From Verrucomicrobiota bacterium (GTDB taxonomy: Bacteria > Verrucomicrobiota > Verrucomicrobiia > Methylacidiphilales > JBCBYL01), in assembly GCA_039027395.1 (NCBI GenBank), contig JBCCKK010000001.1, positions 1-46,331 of the forward strand: 46,331 bases of DNA, written 5' to 3'. This document shows, one piece after another, positions 19,801-28,028 of the stretch. A program made the translations under genes and the position numbers. The notes under the pieces were generated by a model. It was not told the origin of the DNA and ran no database searches. It saw only the letters and a list, made by a program, of their open reading frames with translations. Each line of letters begins with the position of its first letter. Position 1 is the stretch's first letter.

Positions 19801-20344
19801 TGGTTTGCCCTTGAACCAGGGAAATGGGCTCACTCGATTGTTGGTAATCGACCCGGAACGCTCTCTTCCATGTGCTGCGCGTTAGAAACGCAACTTTCTG
19901 CCGACTCCACTTCGTTCCGTCTTCTGATATCGAAAGTTCAGCGCGATCATCTCCGGCAATCCAAAACTGATAGTCCGCCGTTTCGGGGGCGGTGAACATT
20001 CCTCTGATTCGTGACCCGCTCCTCACGAAGTCTGTTGCCGGCTCCATCTCCGACCCTGCCGAACGAACTTCGGAGGGATACTCATGGAACTGGGTTGATC
20101 CCGTTAAATGACGGACCTCAATGCCAGGAACTTCGTCCCATTTTTCCAGCTCCCAGGGAGAAGCAAACCCTTTCTGCTGCGAACTCGAAAAAGCGAAGAA
20201 AACCAACCAAGAGCCAACAAACGCTGTTCGCACAGCCCGTGACAAAGAGAAAGAAAAAGTGTGAGGAACCATGGTGCTCGGTAATAACCTATTCTCACCA
20301 AAGATCAAAGAAAACTCTCTGTCGATATCTTCACGCTGCCCCAC
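16814..20344 (-). CDS. Secreted multidomain protein with two PA14-like domains, an F5/8 type C (discoidin) domain and thrombospondin-type-3-like Ca-binding repeats
   Basis: PA14-like segments: GMFTAPETADYQFWIAGDDRAELSIS and GYFVAPSSGEYRFWVSAKTSASFYLS. Discoidin-like segment: AIDGNRNPEWAVRS...GAWWEVDLG...IKIWNR. Asp-rich repeats: DYDGDGLTNLEE, DSDGDSFSDYDE, DSDGDGQGDW. The likely true start is Met25 (20272), which precedes a signal peptide. Confidence 0.8.
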   Translation of the reverse strand: MGQREDIDREFSLIFGENRLLPSTMVPHTFSFSLSRAVRTAFVGSWLVFFAFSSSQQKGFASPWELEKWDEVPGIEVRHLTGSTQFHEYPSEVRSAGSEMEPATDFVRSGSRIRGMFTAPETADYQFWIAGDDRAELSISEDGTKWSRQKVAFLTRSTWKRAFRVDYQQSSEPISLVQGQTIFLEVLHKTDLGSAHFAVGWSYGAGQVNWTQEEGVTATQSSTYSFGEAALAIDGNRNPEWAVRSVTETNDEPGAWWEVDLGVERKVDEIKIWNRNEDQNRLSNFRFVFLDELRNEIFSQSYFETSGFARALVYRGFTSAKRARFVRIEFLGESRAGNQVLSLAEVEIIGRPDQTDVHRTLQVLPVEHLSLYGGEPNDLDRDELKDEWELEHGFDPSLIETGTLSAGADPDRDGLTHAEETLYNFDPFEPESLVGHLRYEFWDDFPYYHLGDTLTDHRYFGEPDQTDLIEGSSTGAMEGPYFATRLRGYFVAPSSGEYRFWVSAKTSASFYLSSVSGSKYHKKKIAELSTEIGSLQGVSFFSQNLWDRYSSQLSDPIVLQEGETYFFEVLHQQGHGKGSHVSLAWAPPGADREPIPTEALSSYYPTADDVDDDFLPDTWESDMGLDPQDNGSSDMEREGERGDYDGDGLTNLEEYVLGTHPTLTDSDGDSFSDYDEVYNLGTDPNASNDITPEVVSEIDLTTYTGSSATWEWFDGGLIADNFRGDISWDFSVPSDGYWLLEVTGRLRGTLRQEETLTLVPSVGGRSTSPFTMRFRGGNPSIGRVITPWLTAGSHQFSIYIDNRVGRRSFQIQSLRVIRAAGLDSDGDGQGDWITDRARSANDIYPVANTSFVSPAFLEGRVRYQGDLTGAASTGPMTISQGLSGQHWYSNVALSPTGPTSLNLSFEGGTDARSLEIGWQPWEAFLDPSLDLRIGDELLLIDSSALPGAETSVTVDGSVYLVRQGQTAQHQFASPGTVTLTAQRADGSTRSVNFEVYTADFESPTAFFADRPVWRNFPAVSKDLFVDSSPHLLIRERKRFQGGKRLFLLARQPGSLPLAARLFESGPIVSFGSVTTMGFSDALRNDAAVFIGYTADGARVLQTPLVVTDLPPGGYVKVTIFKAGVTFLDGTRTRILTEADFDDGVAYLEFRYPAHLNGGYCHYVDFYDADGNHLGRH

Positions 20345-20839
20345 TAAAGCGCTAAATGTCTAGCAAACGAGACGGAATCGTGAATCTGTCCGAAAAACAT
20401 CAAACCAGCCTAATCCCCTCTTTTCAAGGGGGTTGCGGAAATAGATAGTTCCCAAAGATACTTTCCGTCTAATTTTTGTATAAATTTGAAAAAAGTTAGA
20501 CCTTCGCAGCGAAATCGACAAATAAACCCTCGAATGTATTGCATCTCCACCCCTAGAGACCTGTTTTCATTGACCGAGATGCGCTTTATTTCAGGAGAAG
20601 ATCACGACGAAGTTGGCCTTGCCCCAAAGTATCTTAGCTGCCTCTTGGTCGAAGCTAGAATTCCAGCAAAGTGAAAACTACATAATGCAGACTAATCAGA
20701 CGCTATGCCTAGAATGCATGCACACATGGGTCAGCAATGGGATTCCAGCCTACTATGTTCACATGAGAAAACGCTCCGGATTTTTAACCTAATAACTGTG
20801 CGCTATCTTTATACGCAGCCAGTTTAAGAAATCAGTTCA

Positions 20840-21802
20840 TCAAGGCTTACTTGTGCGCGAGCGCAACAGAAGAACGATAACACTGACCATCGCGAGCATT
20901 CCTAGGATGTATGGCCAGAATGACGAAAGATCGTGAGCATTTCGATTCTCTGAGGAAAGCGGAATCGGGTTGCCGTTGGGCTCCGCACTTTCGGTCGCCG
21001 CAGATGGTTTCTCAGGACTACTGTTTTTAGCAACAGCGATGCCAATCTGATCGCGATCGGCAACTTTGGTCGCTAAAGAATTAGCCACCGACTTAACTAT
21101 TTCCGGTCCCGCTTTTGCCATGATCGATATCTCAGGCTCTTTGATGGATGAAAGTTCTCCGAACCGACGATTATCAGCCGCTAGTCCCAACCTCCCCATC
21201 GTATTAGCCACTGCAACGATAGATGCTCCGTAAAAATCTACAATTCTGTCATATTCTACAGCAGCAAAAGCACCTCCGGATTCACCAAATGGATCTAAGC
21301 CTTCCTCCATGGAGGCCTTCTTTGCTTTCAATTCATCTGAAAATTCAATCTCAATCTCTTTGAGCCGTTTGACTGAATGATCCAAGATCCAATCGAGCTT
21401 TTCTTTCGAGAGGTCACTTGTCTCGGGAATATGCCCTATTGTTAGAATCACATCCACCAGCGTCGCGTGATTGCTTGTTCTCTCTTCGTCGCTAATTAAA
21501 GTTTCAGCCAACCTCCAAAGATTTTCTTCTAGGGTCAAATTGGTTTCGTAGACGACAGCATTTTCTTCGTTCGCGAAATGATCGGCGAGGTGTGAGTATA
21601 TTTCGAAATCATCACCTCCCTGAAATTCAAATATTCCCTCATGTGCGATGGCTAACGACGTAAATAGCAATAGTATCGACCTGCAAACAAATCCAAACCA
21701 GATGTCCCTACTTGATATTTTGTGATTCATAAATTCTTTTCGCGCCTGAGATCTGCTGGTTATTTTCACTCCCTCCTTTTTGCACCAGCGCTTTGTAGTC
21801 AA
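20840..21802 (-). CDS. Hypothetical membrane protein (N- and C-terminal TM segments)
   Basis: Hydrophobic segments IWFGFVCRSILLLFTSLAIA and FWPYILGMLAMVSVIVLLL. The likely start is Met25 (21730). Confidence 0.5.
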   Translation of the reverse strand: MTTKRWCKKEGVKITSRSQARKEFMNHKISSRDIWFGFVCRSILLLFTSLAIAHEGIFEFQGGDDFEIYSHLADHFANEENAVVYETNLTLEENLWRLAETLISDEERTSNHATLVDVILTIGHIPETSDLSKEKLDWILDHSVKRLKEIEIEFSDELKAKKASMEEGLDPFGESGGAFAAVEYDRIVDFYGASIVAVANTMGRLGLAADNRRFGELSSIKEPEISIMAKAGPEIVKSVANSLATKVADRDQIGIAVAKNSSPEKPSAATESAEPNGNPIPLSSENRNAHDLSSFWPYILGMLAMVSVIVLLLRSRTSKP

Positions 21803-22721
21803 CCATCAGATTATGGATTTCTTCATGCTGATCACTTGATGTATAGTGCGCACTCTTCTTTTCCAGCACATGCTCAAGCTCATGAGCAACGAACCATGGG
21901 GCCTGTATTCCTCCGTTAAGAATCACCGTGTTCCGATACTTCGTAGCGAGATATTGTCAGGCAATCGCTGTATGCAACCCTTCCCCGTAACTTCGCGCAT
22001 TCAAAGCTTGAGAAGTTTCCGAGAAAAGGCTGGGAGTGACAAACACGTAGATTGTGCTCGAATCACCGCTAGTTCGAAGCTCGAGCATCTGTTGAGCTCC
22101 GTAGGGAATATAGTAGTCTCCAACTGCAATTTCGTCATTAGTAGTATCGCTTTCCGTTCGCCTCCGCCGCAGCCAAAATGGTGACGGATCGCTAAAAGTT
22201 GTCGAATCGCTAAAGTTTCGAGAATAGTTTGGATCCCATTGGACTTCTGCTAATTCGCTGTCGAAGCGTATCCCGGTTTGGGCGAAACGCTCGCTGACAC
22301 TTCCTTTCATGTGATTGGAATGCGCTATCGCCAATGGGTGGTTTCGAAGCACGAGAAGAGATTCCTCATATGTGCCACTTCGAAATTTTTCACTCCATTC
22401 CAAAGCAAACTCCGGGAGAAAGGACCCCTCTTCTTGTGTGCCAAGCCCAAAATCGACAGCCGTCGGTGACTTCTTCAGGTCGAGATCAACCAGCAAGAAC
22501 GGAAAACGCACGCCCCGAACTTCAGCATCATTCCGCACTTCAAACCCTTCCCTGAAGAAAATTCTTTGAAGTACGGGGAACAAATGGGATTCGGAAGTTT
22601 CGCTCACCTGACCAGGATTGCTCTGCAGATAGGAGATATACCCACGAACTTGTTCCAACTCGAATTCAGGTCTCAACGCAATTTTCTCTGTTAAAGATTC
22701 CCACGGGCAGCGCCGATTCAA
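21708..22721 (-). pseudogene. HExxH metallopeptidase-like gene interrupted by one in-frame TGA (21957-21959)
   Basis: ORFs 21957..22721 and 21708..21926 are in the same frame and are separated only by a TGA plus 10 sense codons. The downstream piece carries WFVAHELEHVLEK (HExxH). Confidence 0.5.
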
Positions 22722-22739
22722 ATTAACCGTATATCGAAT

Positions 22740-23035
22740 CCAAACGAAATGGGAAATTCAGACGAACGAACTCCAGTTCGGTTCGGAAGAAAGGTAAAGC
22801 CGAATGATTGGTGAGCGAATGCTGAGGATGTGAGAGCACGCAACGACGAAGCATGAGCGAAGCAAAAATCGGGAACCAACTGACGAAATGAACGAAGAGA
22901 ATGAGGAAGATGTGAACGGAACGAGCATCCTCAAGCGCACGTCTTATAGGGCTTGTGGCCAATTAAGGTGAACCCATTTGAGTTCGGTTTTGTGTTCGCC
23001 TATTTGTTCACCTCATGTTCACCTCGATTCCGAAA
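22740..23035. promoter_or_regulatory. Divergent intergenic region packed with CGAA/GAAC-core short repeats, including three phased TGTTC(G/A)CC iterons and an inverted ATGAGG..GTGAAC pair
   Basis: TGTTCGCC (22993-23000) and TGTTCACC (23005-23012, 23016-23023) are spaced 11-12 bp apart. ATGAGGAAGATGTGAAC (22901-22917) faces its inverted counterpart at 23004-23016. Several GAGCGAA/GACGAA/GAACGAA units occur between 22742 and 22925. Confidence 0.45.
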
Positions 23036-24859
23036 GAACAGATACCGGACTGGGAGGCGTGGTTGCACCGATTCTTGCTCGAATTCCGGCAGCCATCCCA
23101 TGCAAATACTGCCTCTCTCGAAAGCTTGTATCTGGGAGAAACAGACCTCACCGAAACACCAGAATTCGTGGCAACCTGGCTCAATTTTATCGCAGAGGAA
23201 ACCAGCCTGTTCGAGACCCGCGAAGCGTTTCAGCAACAATGGCGAACTACGCTGATCGCGCCGCGCCCCCCACTGGATGAAAAGCCCAATAAATTAGGAG
23301 TGAAGCGGTCAGAACTTCCGGAATACGTGTCGAAGCTTACCGACTACCATCTCGCCCAGGATGCGTTTCATCAGGCGAGAGAGGATTATGAAACCAAGCT
23401 CAAAGAAGGGAATGCCTTCCGCAATCAATTCAGCGACGACGCAAGCGGGTATCGAAAATATGTCGATCAGGTCAGTTCCAGTGATCTGTCATCTTTCCTT
23501 GCTTCCCCGAAATTGATTCCGGTGAGAGAAGATCGGCGTCAAAGGCACAGCTACGTTTGTGGAGGAACCGGATCAGGAAAAAGCGAAATCCTGAAAACCA
23601 TCATCCATCACTACCTCACCCGAGATCCTAATTCGGCCATCGTGATTCTCGATCCTCATGGAGATCTTGGAGAACAAGTGGCGAGATTTAAAGAGAACGC
23701 TTCCAGGGATCGATTGGTCTTCATCGATCCAGGTTTGAGCGAATCCCGAACTCCCACGTTGAACCCGTTTGACGTTCCCGAAGACCTCACCAGCCGAGAA
23801 CTCGACACCGCTCAGCAGGAAATCACTGAACAACTTGGCTCAATTCTCGGGGAGGATACTCAACTCAGTGCCAATATGGAGGTCGTCTTGGCTCCTTGTA
23901 TTGCCACGCTTCTGAGGCGTCCCCATTCCACGTTCACTGACCTGCAACGATTCATGTTTGATGAGCGCAACCACGACTTGATGCAATTCGCTTTCCGGCA
24001 CCTTGAGAATCCAGCACACATCGACTTCCTGAAACAGGAGTTTCACACAACCCGACAAGAGACGAAGCAAGCGATACGAACCCGACTCCAAATCCTGCTG
24101 AACTCGACCGTGTTTCGCAACTTTCTCAATGGCCCGAGCACCCTTGATTTTGAAGCGGCACTCGAAAGCAAAAAACTCATCATTTTTAATGTTTCCCGTG
24201 CGAGTTGTGGAAAAAGCACCGCCCTTGCGATCGGGCGCCTCATCATGGCGCAGCTCATGGGAATAGCAGCACGCCGGGGGATGTTCTCAGACAAAGCCAG
24301 AGCTGCATGCAGCCCTATCCACCTGTTCGTGGATGAAAGTCAACATTACTGCACTTCAACTGTGAAAGAGATTCTCGATGAATCTCGAAAGTTCAAACTC
24401 TACCTGACGCTCGCGAATCAATACATTGGCCAATTCGAGAACTCTCAGATTCGGGAATCCGTGGAGCAGAACACTATGATCAAGTTGACCGGTCTCATGA
24501 GCTCCGAAAAAGCCAAGCAATTGATGGCCAAAGTCATTGGAACGAAGCCGGAACAACTGGCAACCCTAGGTCAGGGACAGTTCTTTGTCAGGCTTGGGGA
24601 GCTGCCAGGGTTTCTCCTACGAAACAGAAGCGATCTCATCGACTACCACCATTCCGTGGATGATGAGCAGTGGGAGTTGATGAAGGAATCTCAGTCGGCA
24701 AGTTACTACCGAGACATTCCCACAGAATCAATTCAAGCGGTTCGAGAAGATGGTCTCCTTCATGTGAATCAAACTGAGGACCCACAAGGTGACGCAATGG
24801 CGACGGGTCCCAAATACCCTCTCAATCCACCAAAGCGAGTTGGTCATGGATTCGCTTAA
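23015..24859 (+). CDS. VirD4/TraD-family (FtsK/HerA-superfamily) DNA-translocase-like coupling ATPase, copy 1
   Basis: Walker A VCGGTGSGKSE; AIVILDPHGDL; Walker B IHLFVDESQHY; KFKLYLTLANQYIGQ (TraG-D_C-like). Confidence 0.75.
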   Translation: MFTSIPKEQIPDWEAWLHRFLLEFRQPSHANTASLESLYLGETDLTETPEFVATWLNFIAEETSLFETREAFQQQWRTTLIAPRPPLDEKPNKLGVKRSELPEYVSKLTDYHLAQDAFHQAREDYETKLKEGNAFRNQFSDDASGYRKYVDQVSSSDLSSFLASPKLIPVREDRRQRHSYVCGGTGSGKSEILKTIIHHYLTRDPNSAIVILDPHGDLGEQVARFKENASRDRLVFIDPGLSESRTPTLNPFDVPEDLTSRELDTAQQEITEQLGSILGEDTQLSANMEVVLAPCIATLLRRPHSTFTDLQRFMFDERNHDLMQFAFRHLENPAHIDFLKQEFHTTRQETKQAIRTRLQILLNSTVFRNFLNGPSTLDFEAALESKKLIIFNVSRASCGKSTALAIGRLIMAQLMGIAARRGMFSDKARAACSPIHLFVDESQHYCTSTVKEILDESRKFKLYLTLANQYIGQFENSQIRESVEQNTMIKLTGLMSSEKAKQLMAKVIGTKPEQLATLGQGQFFVRLGELPGFLLRNRSDLIDYHHSVDDEQWELMKESQSASYYRDIPTESIQAVREDGLLHVNQTEDPQGDAMATGPKYPLNPPKRVGHGFA

Positions 24860-25676
24860 CCTGACTCGACATCGTCTTTCCGCGATCAAGGGGCTGGCAA
24901 GATACCAATACCTGACCCTGGAACAGTTTCTGAGGCTCAACGTTTCAACGAGCAAATCAAACCTTTCTAACCGCGTCCTCATCCCTCTCCGAAACAACCG
25001 CCCTGCCTTGGTTCAGTGCAACAAACGAGGGGCCATGAAAGAGGATGTCTACTGCCTAACAAAAAGAGGCGCCACTGAGGCTGAGCTTCAGATGGGAATC
25101 TCACCGGTCTACTACCCGAAAGATGGGATCCAATACGAACGCGATTTTGAACATCGGACGGGCACGATCGACTTCATGATTGCCCTCGATCAATGGGCAG
25201 CCTCTCACGACTCTACCGTCGAGTTCATCCACACCTACTTTCAAGGAACAGGTTCACAGCAGGGAGCGTGTAAGTTTCAACGAGCCACTGAGTTCACTCT
25301 TCGCAACCGGAGAAAGTTCGTGCCGGATGCTACCTTCCGACTTCACATGTCAGATCATGAAAAGCGCCTCTTCGTGTTCGAATATCACCGGGGCAATGAT
25401 AGCGGAAGGATTGAAGCGCAGCTGCTTCAGCATACCCAGGCGCTCGCTGAAGGACTCGTGTCGGACCACTACGAGCATCCCTTTGCCCATTTCGTCCTCT
25501 CAATCTATGAACAAGAATCAACGAAGGCGGCCGTGATGAGTCGGCTTCGGAAGCTCGCAGCCTTTCAACCGTTCTCCGATTGTTTTCTGTTTCAAACCCT
25601 CCCGTCGCTGGCTCACTCTTTCTCAAAGGGTTGGAAGACTCTCGAAGACAAGGGCGCTGATCACTTCTTCGCTTGA
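24846..25676 (+). CDS. Replication-relaxation family protein, copy 1
   Basis: N-terminal wHTH-like LTRHRLSAIKGLARYQYLTLEQFLRL and the motif PDATFRLHM...RLFVFEYHRGNDS fit the PDa....f.lE.DrgT pattern. ATG 24846 overlaps the upstream stop by 14 nt, whereas the ORF track starts at 24789. Confidence 0.65.
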   Translation: MDSLNLTRHRLSAIKGLARYQYLTLEQFLRLNVSTSKSNLSNRVLIPLRNNRPALVQCNKRGAMKEDVYCLTKRGATEAELQMGISPVYYPKDGIQYERDFEHRTGTIDFMIALDQWAASHDSTVEFIHTYFQGTGSQQGACKFQRATEFTLRNRRKFVPDATFRLHMSDHEKRLFVFEYHRGNDSGRIEAQLLQHTQALAEGLVSDHYEHPFAHFVLSIYEQESTKAAVMSRLRKLAAFQPFSDCFLFQTLPSLAHSFSKGWKTLEDKGADHFFA

Positions 25677-26236
25677 ACTTTGCGACGAACCATATCCTCC
25701 AGCTCATCCATTGTCTCCGTGCTCAATTCTCCCGAAAGCTGTGCCTGGTGAGACGCCATTTCTTTTTCGAGCTCGTGGGACAGCTTCATTTCCTTCGCCT
25801 TCAACTGATGCTCGACAAGCTTTTCGGTGAGCTTTGCCTTCAGGTTCGCTTTAATGGTCCGTCTTTCGTCGTCCCCCAATGCCTCAATTTCACGAACCTT
25901 GGTTTGACTGACGGCTCCGGACTCCTGCTCGAACGCCTGCAAGTCGATGGATTTTCGCCGGGCATAATCATCAGTCAATCGCTCAAGGTGTTCAGGTTCT
26001 AACTGATGCCGCACCAGCTCTAGCAATGACTCACCCTCAACACCGAGCCTTTGCTCAAGCAACTTCAGTTCATGACGTCGTTCCGTCAGCTCCACTTGAT
26101 GAGTTTGTCGCGCCTCTTCGCGAAGCATTGCCAGTTCACGATCACGGCTTCTATCCTGAGACTGCGCTCTTCTCTTTTTCTCGAACATCTCCTTCTGATG
26201 TTCCTGCTGCAATTTCAGTTTTTGATCCCAATCCAT
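25661..26236 (-). CDS. Coiled-coil protein (191 aa), third gene of a three-gene operon
   Basis: The whole length is E/K/R/Q/L-rich with heptad character. It starts 11 nt after the upstream gene. Confidence 0.5.
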   Translation of the reverse strand: MDWDQKLKLQQEHQKEMFEKKRRAQSQDRSRDRELAMLREEARQTHQVELTERRHELKLLEQRLGVEGESLLELVRHQLEPEHLERLTDDYARRKSIDLQAFEQESGAVSQTKVREIEALGDDERRTIKANLKAKLTEKLVEHQLKAKEMKLSHELEKEMASHQAQLSGELSTETMDELEDMVRRKVQAKK

Positions 26237-26247
26237 TATTTTCCCTT

Positions 26248-27243
26248 CTACGCTTGTTTGACCCGCTCAAGAATCGCGAGAAGAGAAGCGTCATCCGCTT
26301 GTCGCCACTCTTTCGCTTTCTCCAGCTCCTGTTCCAACTTGAGAACTTCCGTTCGAAGCTTCTCAGTCTGACAATCGATCTCCGTTCGTTTGGCCTCCAG
26401 CGAATCTGCGAGGGCTTTTGCGAGCCTTTCCGATTCAATCCGAAAAAGACAGTTCTGATCTTCAAGGGATTTTTCTTCGTCCTTGATCCTTGTGTCGATC
26501 AAAGCCTCTTCAGCCGAAAGCAGATCTCTCGTTCTCCGAACCCTCTTCTCAACTCCCTCCTGAAACTCTCGATCGAATACTTTCTTCTGATCGGCCCGTT
26601 GCCCATCCAGCTCATCAGAGACGAGCCTGACACAACGCTCAAAGTCTTTGCGTAAGCCAAACCGAAGCTCTTCAAAATCAGAAACTCGGGCGAACAGTTT
26701 ATTCAACTTGGTAGATTCTTCCTTTGGAGGATCAAAGTGTCCCCGGTTAGACTCATTCACCCAAATATTGCGACCTCCCAGTTCGCGATAAGAGCCCCTG
26801 TCCGAAACAAAACGCGGAAATCTAACCACACACCGGGAAAGCCTTTTGGCAAACCCAGGAACCTTGCTGACCTCATTGGCCAACCAAGCTTCGTCTTCTT
26901 CAAATGCACCCTGGTCGATCCTTCCTTTTTCATCGACGTACCCTGTCAGGAACTCGTAAAGACTGGTGATGACTGATTCCTTTCCCAGAATCTGCTTTCG
27001 CAAACGCACTTGCGCTCGAAAAACCAATCTTTCGGCCAGCGTTGAAACCAGCGAGGCGCTTTGCTCCCGAATGGTTCGACGAGCCGATTTTGCATAGTCT
27101 GCATGAAACCGAGCCCCCAACTCAGAAGAGAAAAGCGAGTGGAACAAAGCAGGTGCTTCAGCCTTCAGATAGGAGGCATATTCTTGCGCGGATTGGCAAT
27201 CCACAAAGAGAGCCCTGCTTGAGCCATGGGAGACGCCGATCAT
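26248..27243 (-). CDS. Hypothetical protein (331 aa): globular N-terminal part plus a C-terminal coiled coil
   Basis: Long ORF whose start overlaps the upstream stop (ATGA at 27240-27243). No motif recognised. Confidence 0.55.
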   Translation of the reverse strand: MIGVSHGSSRALFVDCQSAQEYASYLKAEAPALFHSLFSSELGARFHADYAKSARRTIREQSASLVSTLAERLVFRAQVRLRKQILGKESVITSLYEFLTGYVDEKGRIDQGAFEEDEAWLANEVSKVPGFAKRLSRCVVRFPRFVSDRGSYRELGGRNIWVNESNRGHFDPPKEESTKLNKLFARVSDFEELRFGLRKDFERCVRLVSDELDGQRADQKKVFDREFQEGVEKRVRRTRDLLSAEEALIDTRIKDEEKSLEDQNCLFRIESERLAKALADSLEAKRTEIDCQTEKLRTEVLKLEQELEKAKEWRQADDASLLAILERVKQA

Positions 27244-28028
27244 AACATCTCCAGAATTTTCTCGATTTCCTGATTCTCCTGAAGAGCAATCCGTGCTTTC
27301 TCCGTTTCCGATTCGATTTCTGCCTGAAGCAATCGCTTCTGGGCCTCCAAAGAGCGGAGCAAGGGAGCCTGTTCCGCCAACATCCTCTCCTTCCGCCTTT
27401 CCCCTTCCTCAGAAAGTTCCTCGCCCCTCCGCTGAATCTGCTCTCCAATTTGAGATCCCTCGGCTCGAAGACGATTCACGGTCAACTCAGCAGACTGACT
27501 CAACGAAGCCATTTTCGCATCCAACCCAGCCTCGAATCGAACCGCCTCAAGGAGTGCGTCGGCGCGGCGATATGTGTCATGACAAGGCATCCCTAGAGCA
27601 TCCCAATCTCGGACCCATCCGACTCTTCCCAAACCCACGACAAACCAATCGACCAGGGCTTCAGAACCTGCCGAATGATCGACAAGCGACCAAAACTGAG
27701 ACTGCCATTTTCGAAATGTGAAACCCGCAAAAAGCACTGCAAACTCCGGTTTTCCAACCAGCTGATTACACCGATCCAAATCAAACCTCTCACCGTCCCA
27801 ACATTGGTTCACGATCCCCTTCGCCGAGCTTTGCAAACTGTCAGCACCAGATCCGGAAAGATAAAATCTAGGATCGTCAATCGAGCTGGAAAGCGCCTTC
27901 ATCTTCAAGCTCAATCCTAACCTTGAACAGAGACTAAGCAAGATTGACATCCTCCATATCCTTACTAACTTCGCGCCATGCGAGCCCAAGTAGTCACGAT
28001 ATTCAGCAGTTTTGTTTTTTTGATTCAT
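27240..28028 (-). CDS. Hypothetical protein: Trp-rich N-terminal domain plus a C-terminal coiled coil
   Basis: First gene of the operon. Internal Met codons at 27950 and 27902 are more plausible starts, because either avoids overlap with the divergent gene at 27978. Confidence 0.5.
   Translation of the reverse strand: MNQKNKTAEYRDYLGSHGAKLVRIWRMSILLSLCSRLGLSLKMKALSSSIDDPRFYLSGSGADSLQSSAKGIVNQCWDGERFDLDRCNQLVGKPEFAVLFAGFTFRKWQSQFWSLVDHSAGSEALVDWFVVGLGRVGWVRDWDALGMPCHDTYRRADALLEAVRFEAGLDAKMASLSQSAELTVNRLRAEGSQIGEQIQRRGEELSEEGERRKERMLAEQAPLLRSLEAQKRLLQAEIESETEKARIALQENQEIEKILEML

Noticed and set aside
10224-20355. Numerous 60-220-aa ORFs antisense to or out of frame within the RHS and PA14 genes (for example 14692..15354 +, 13504..13926 +, 17988..18314 +)
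   Set aside because: They are shadow ORFs inside long, motif-supported genes, and they lack motifs and sensible starts.
21957-21959. TGA recoding (selenocysteine or reassigned codon) as the explanation for the split HExxH gene
   Set aside because: TGA terminates other well-supported genes in the window. I saw no obvious SECIS-like hairpin and no Cys-homologous context. A pseudogene or sequencing error is the simpler explanation, so this is reported only as something to verify.
22723-23280. Short ORFs (60-100 aa) on both strands across the 22.7-23.3 kb repeat region
   Set aside because: They overlap one another and the repeat field or the TraD-like gene, and their composition is driven by the CGAA/GTTC repeats.
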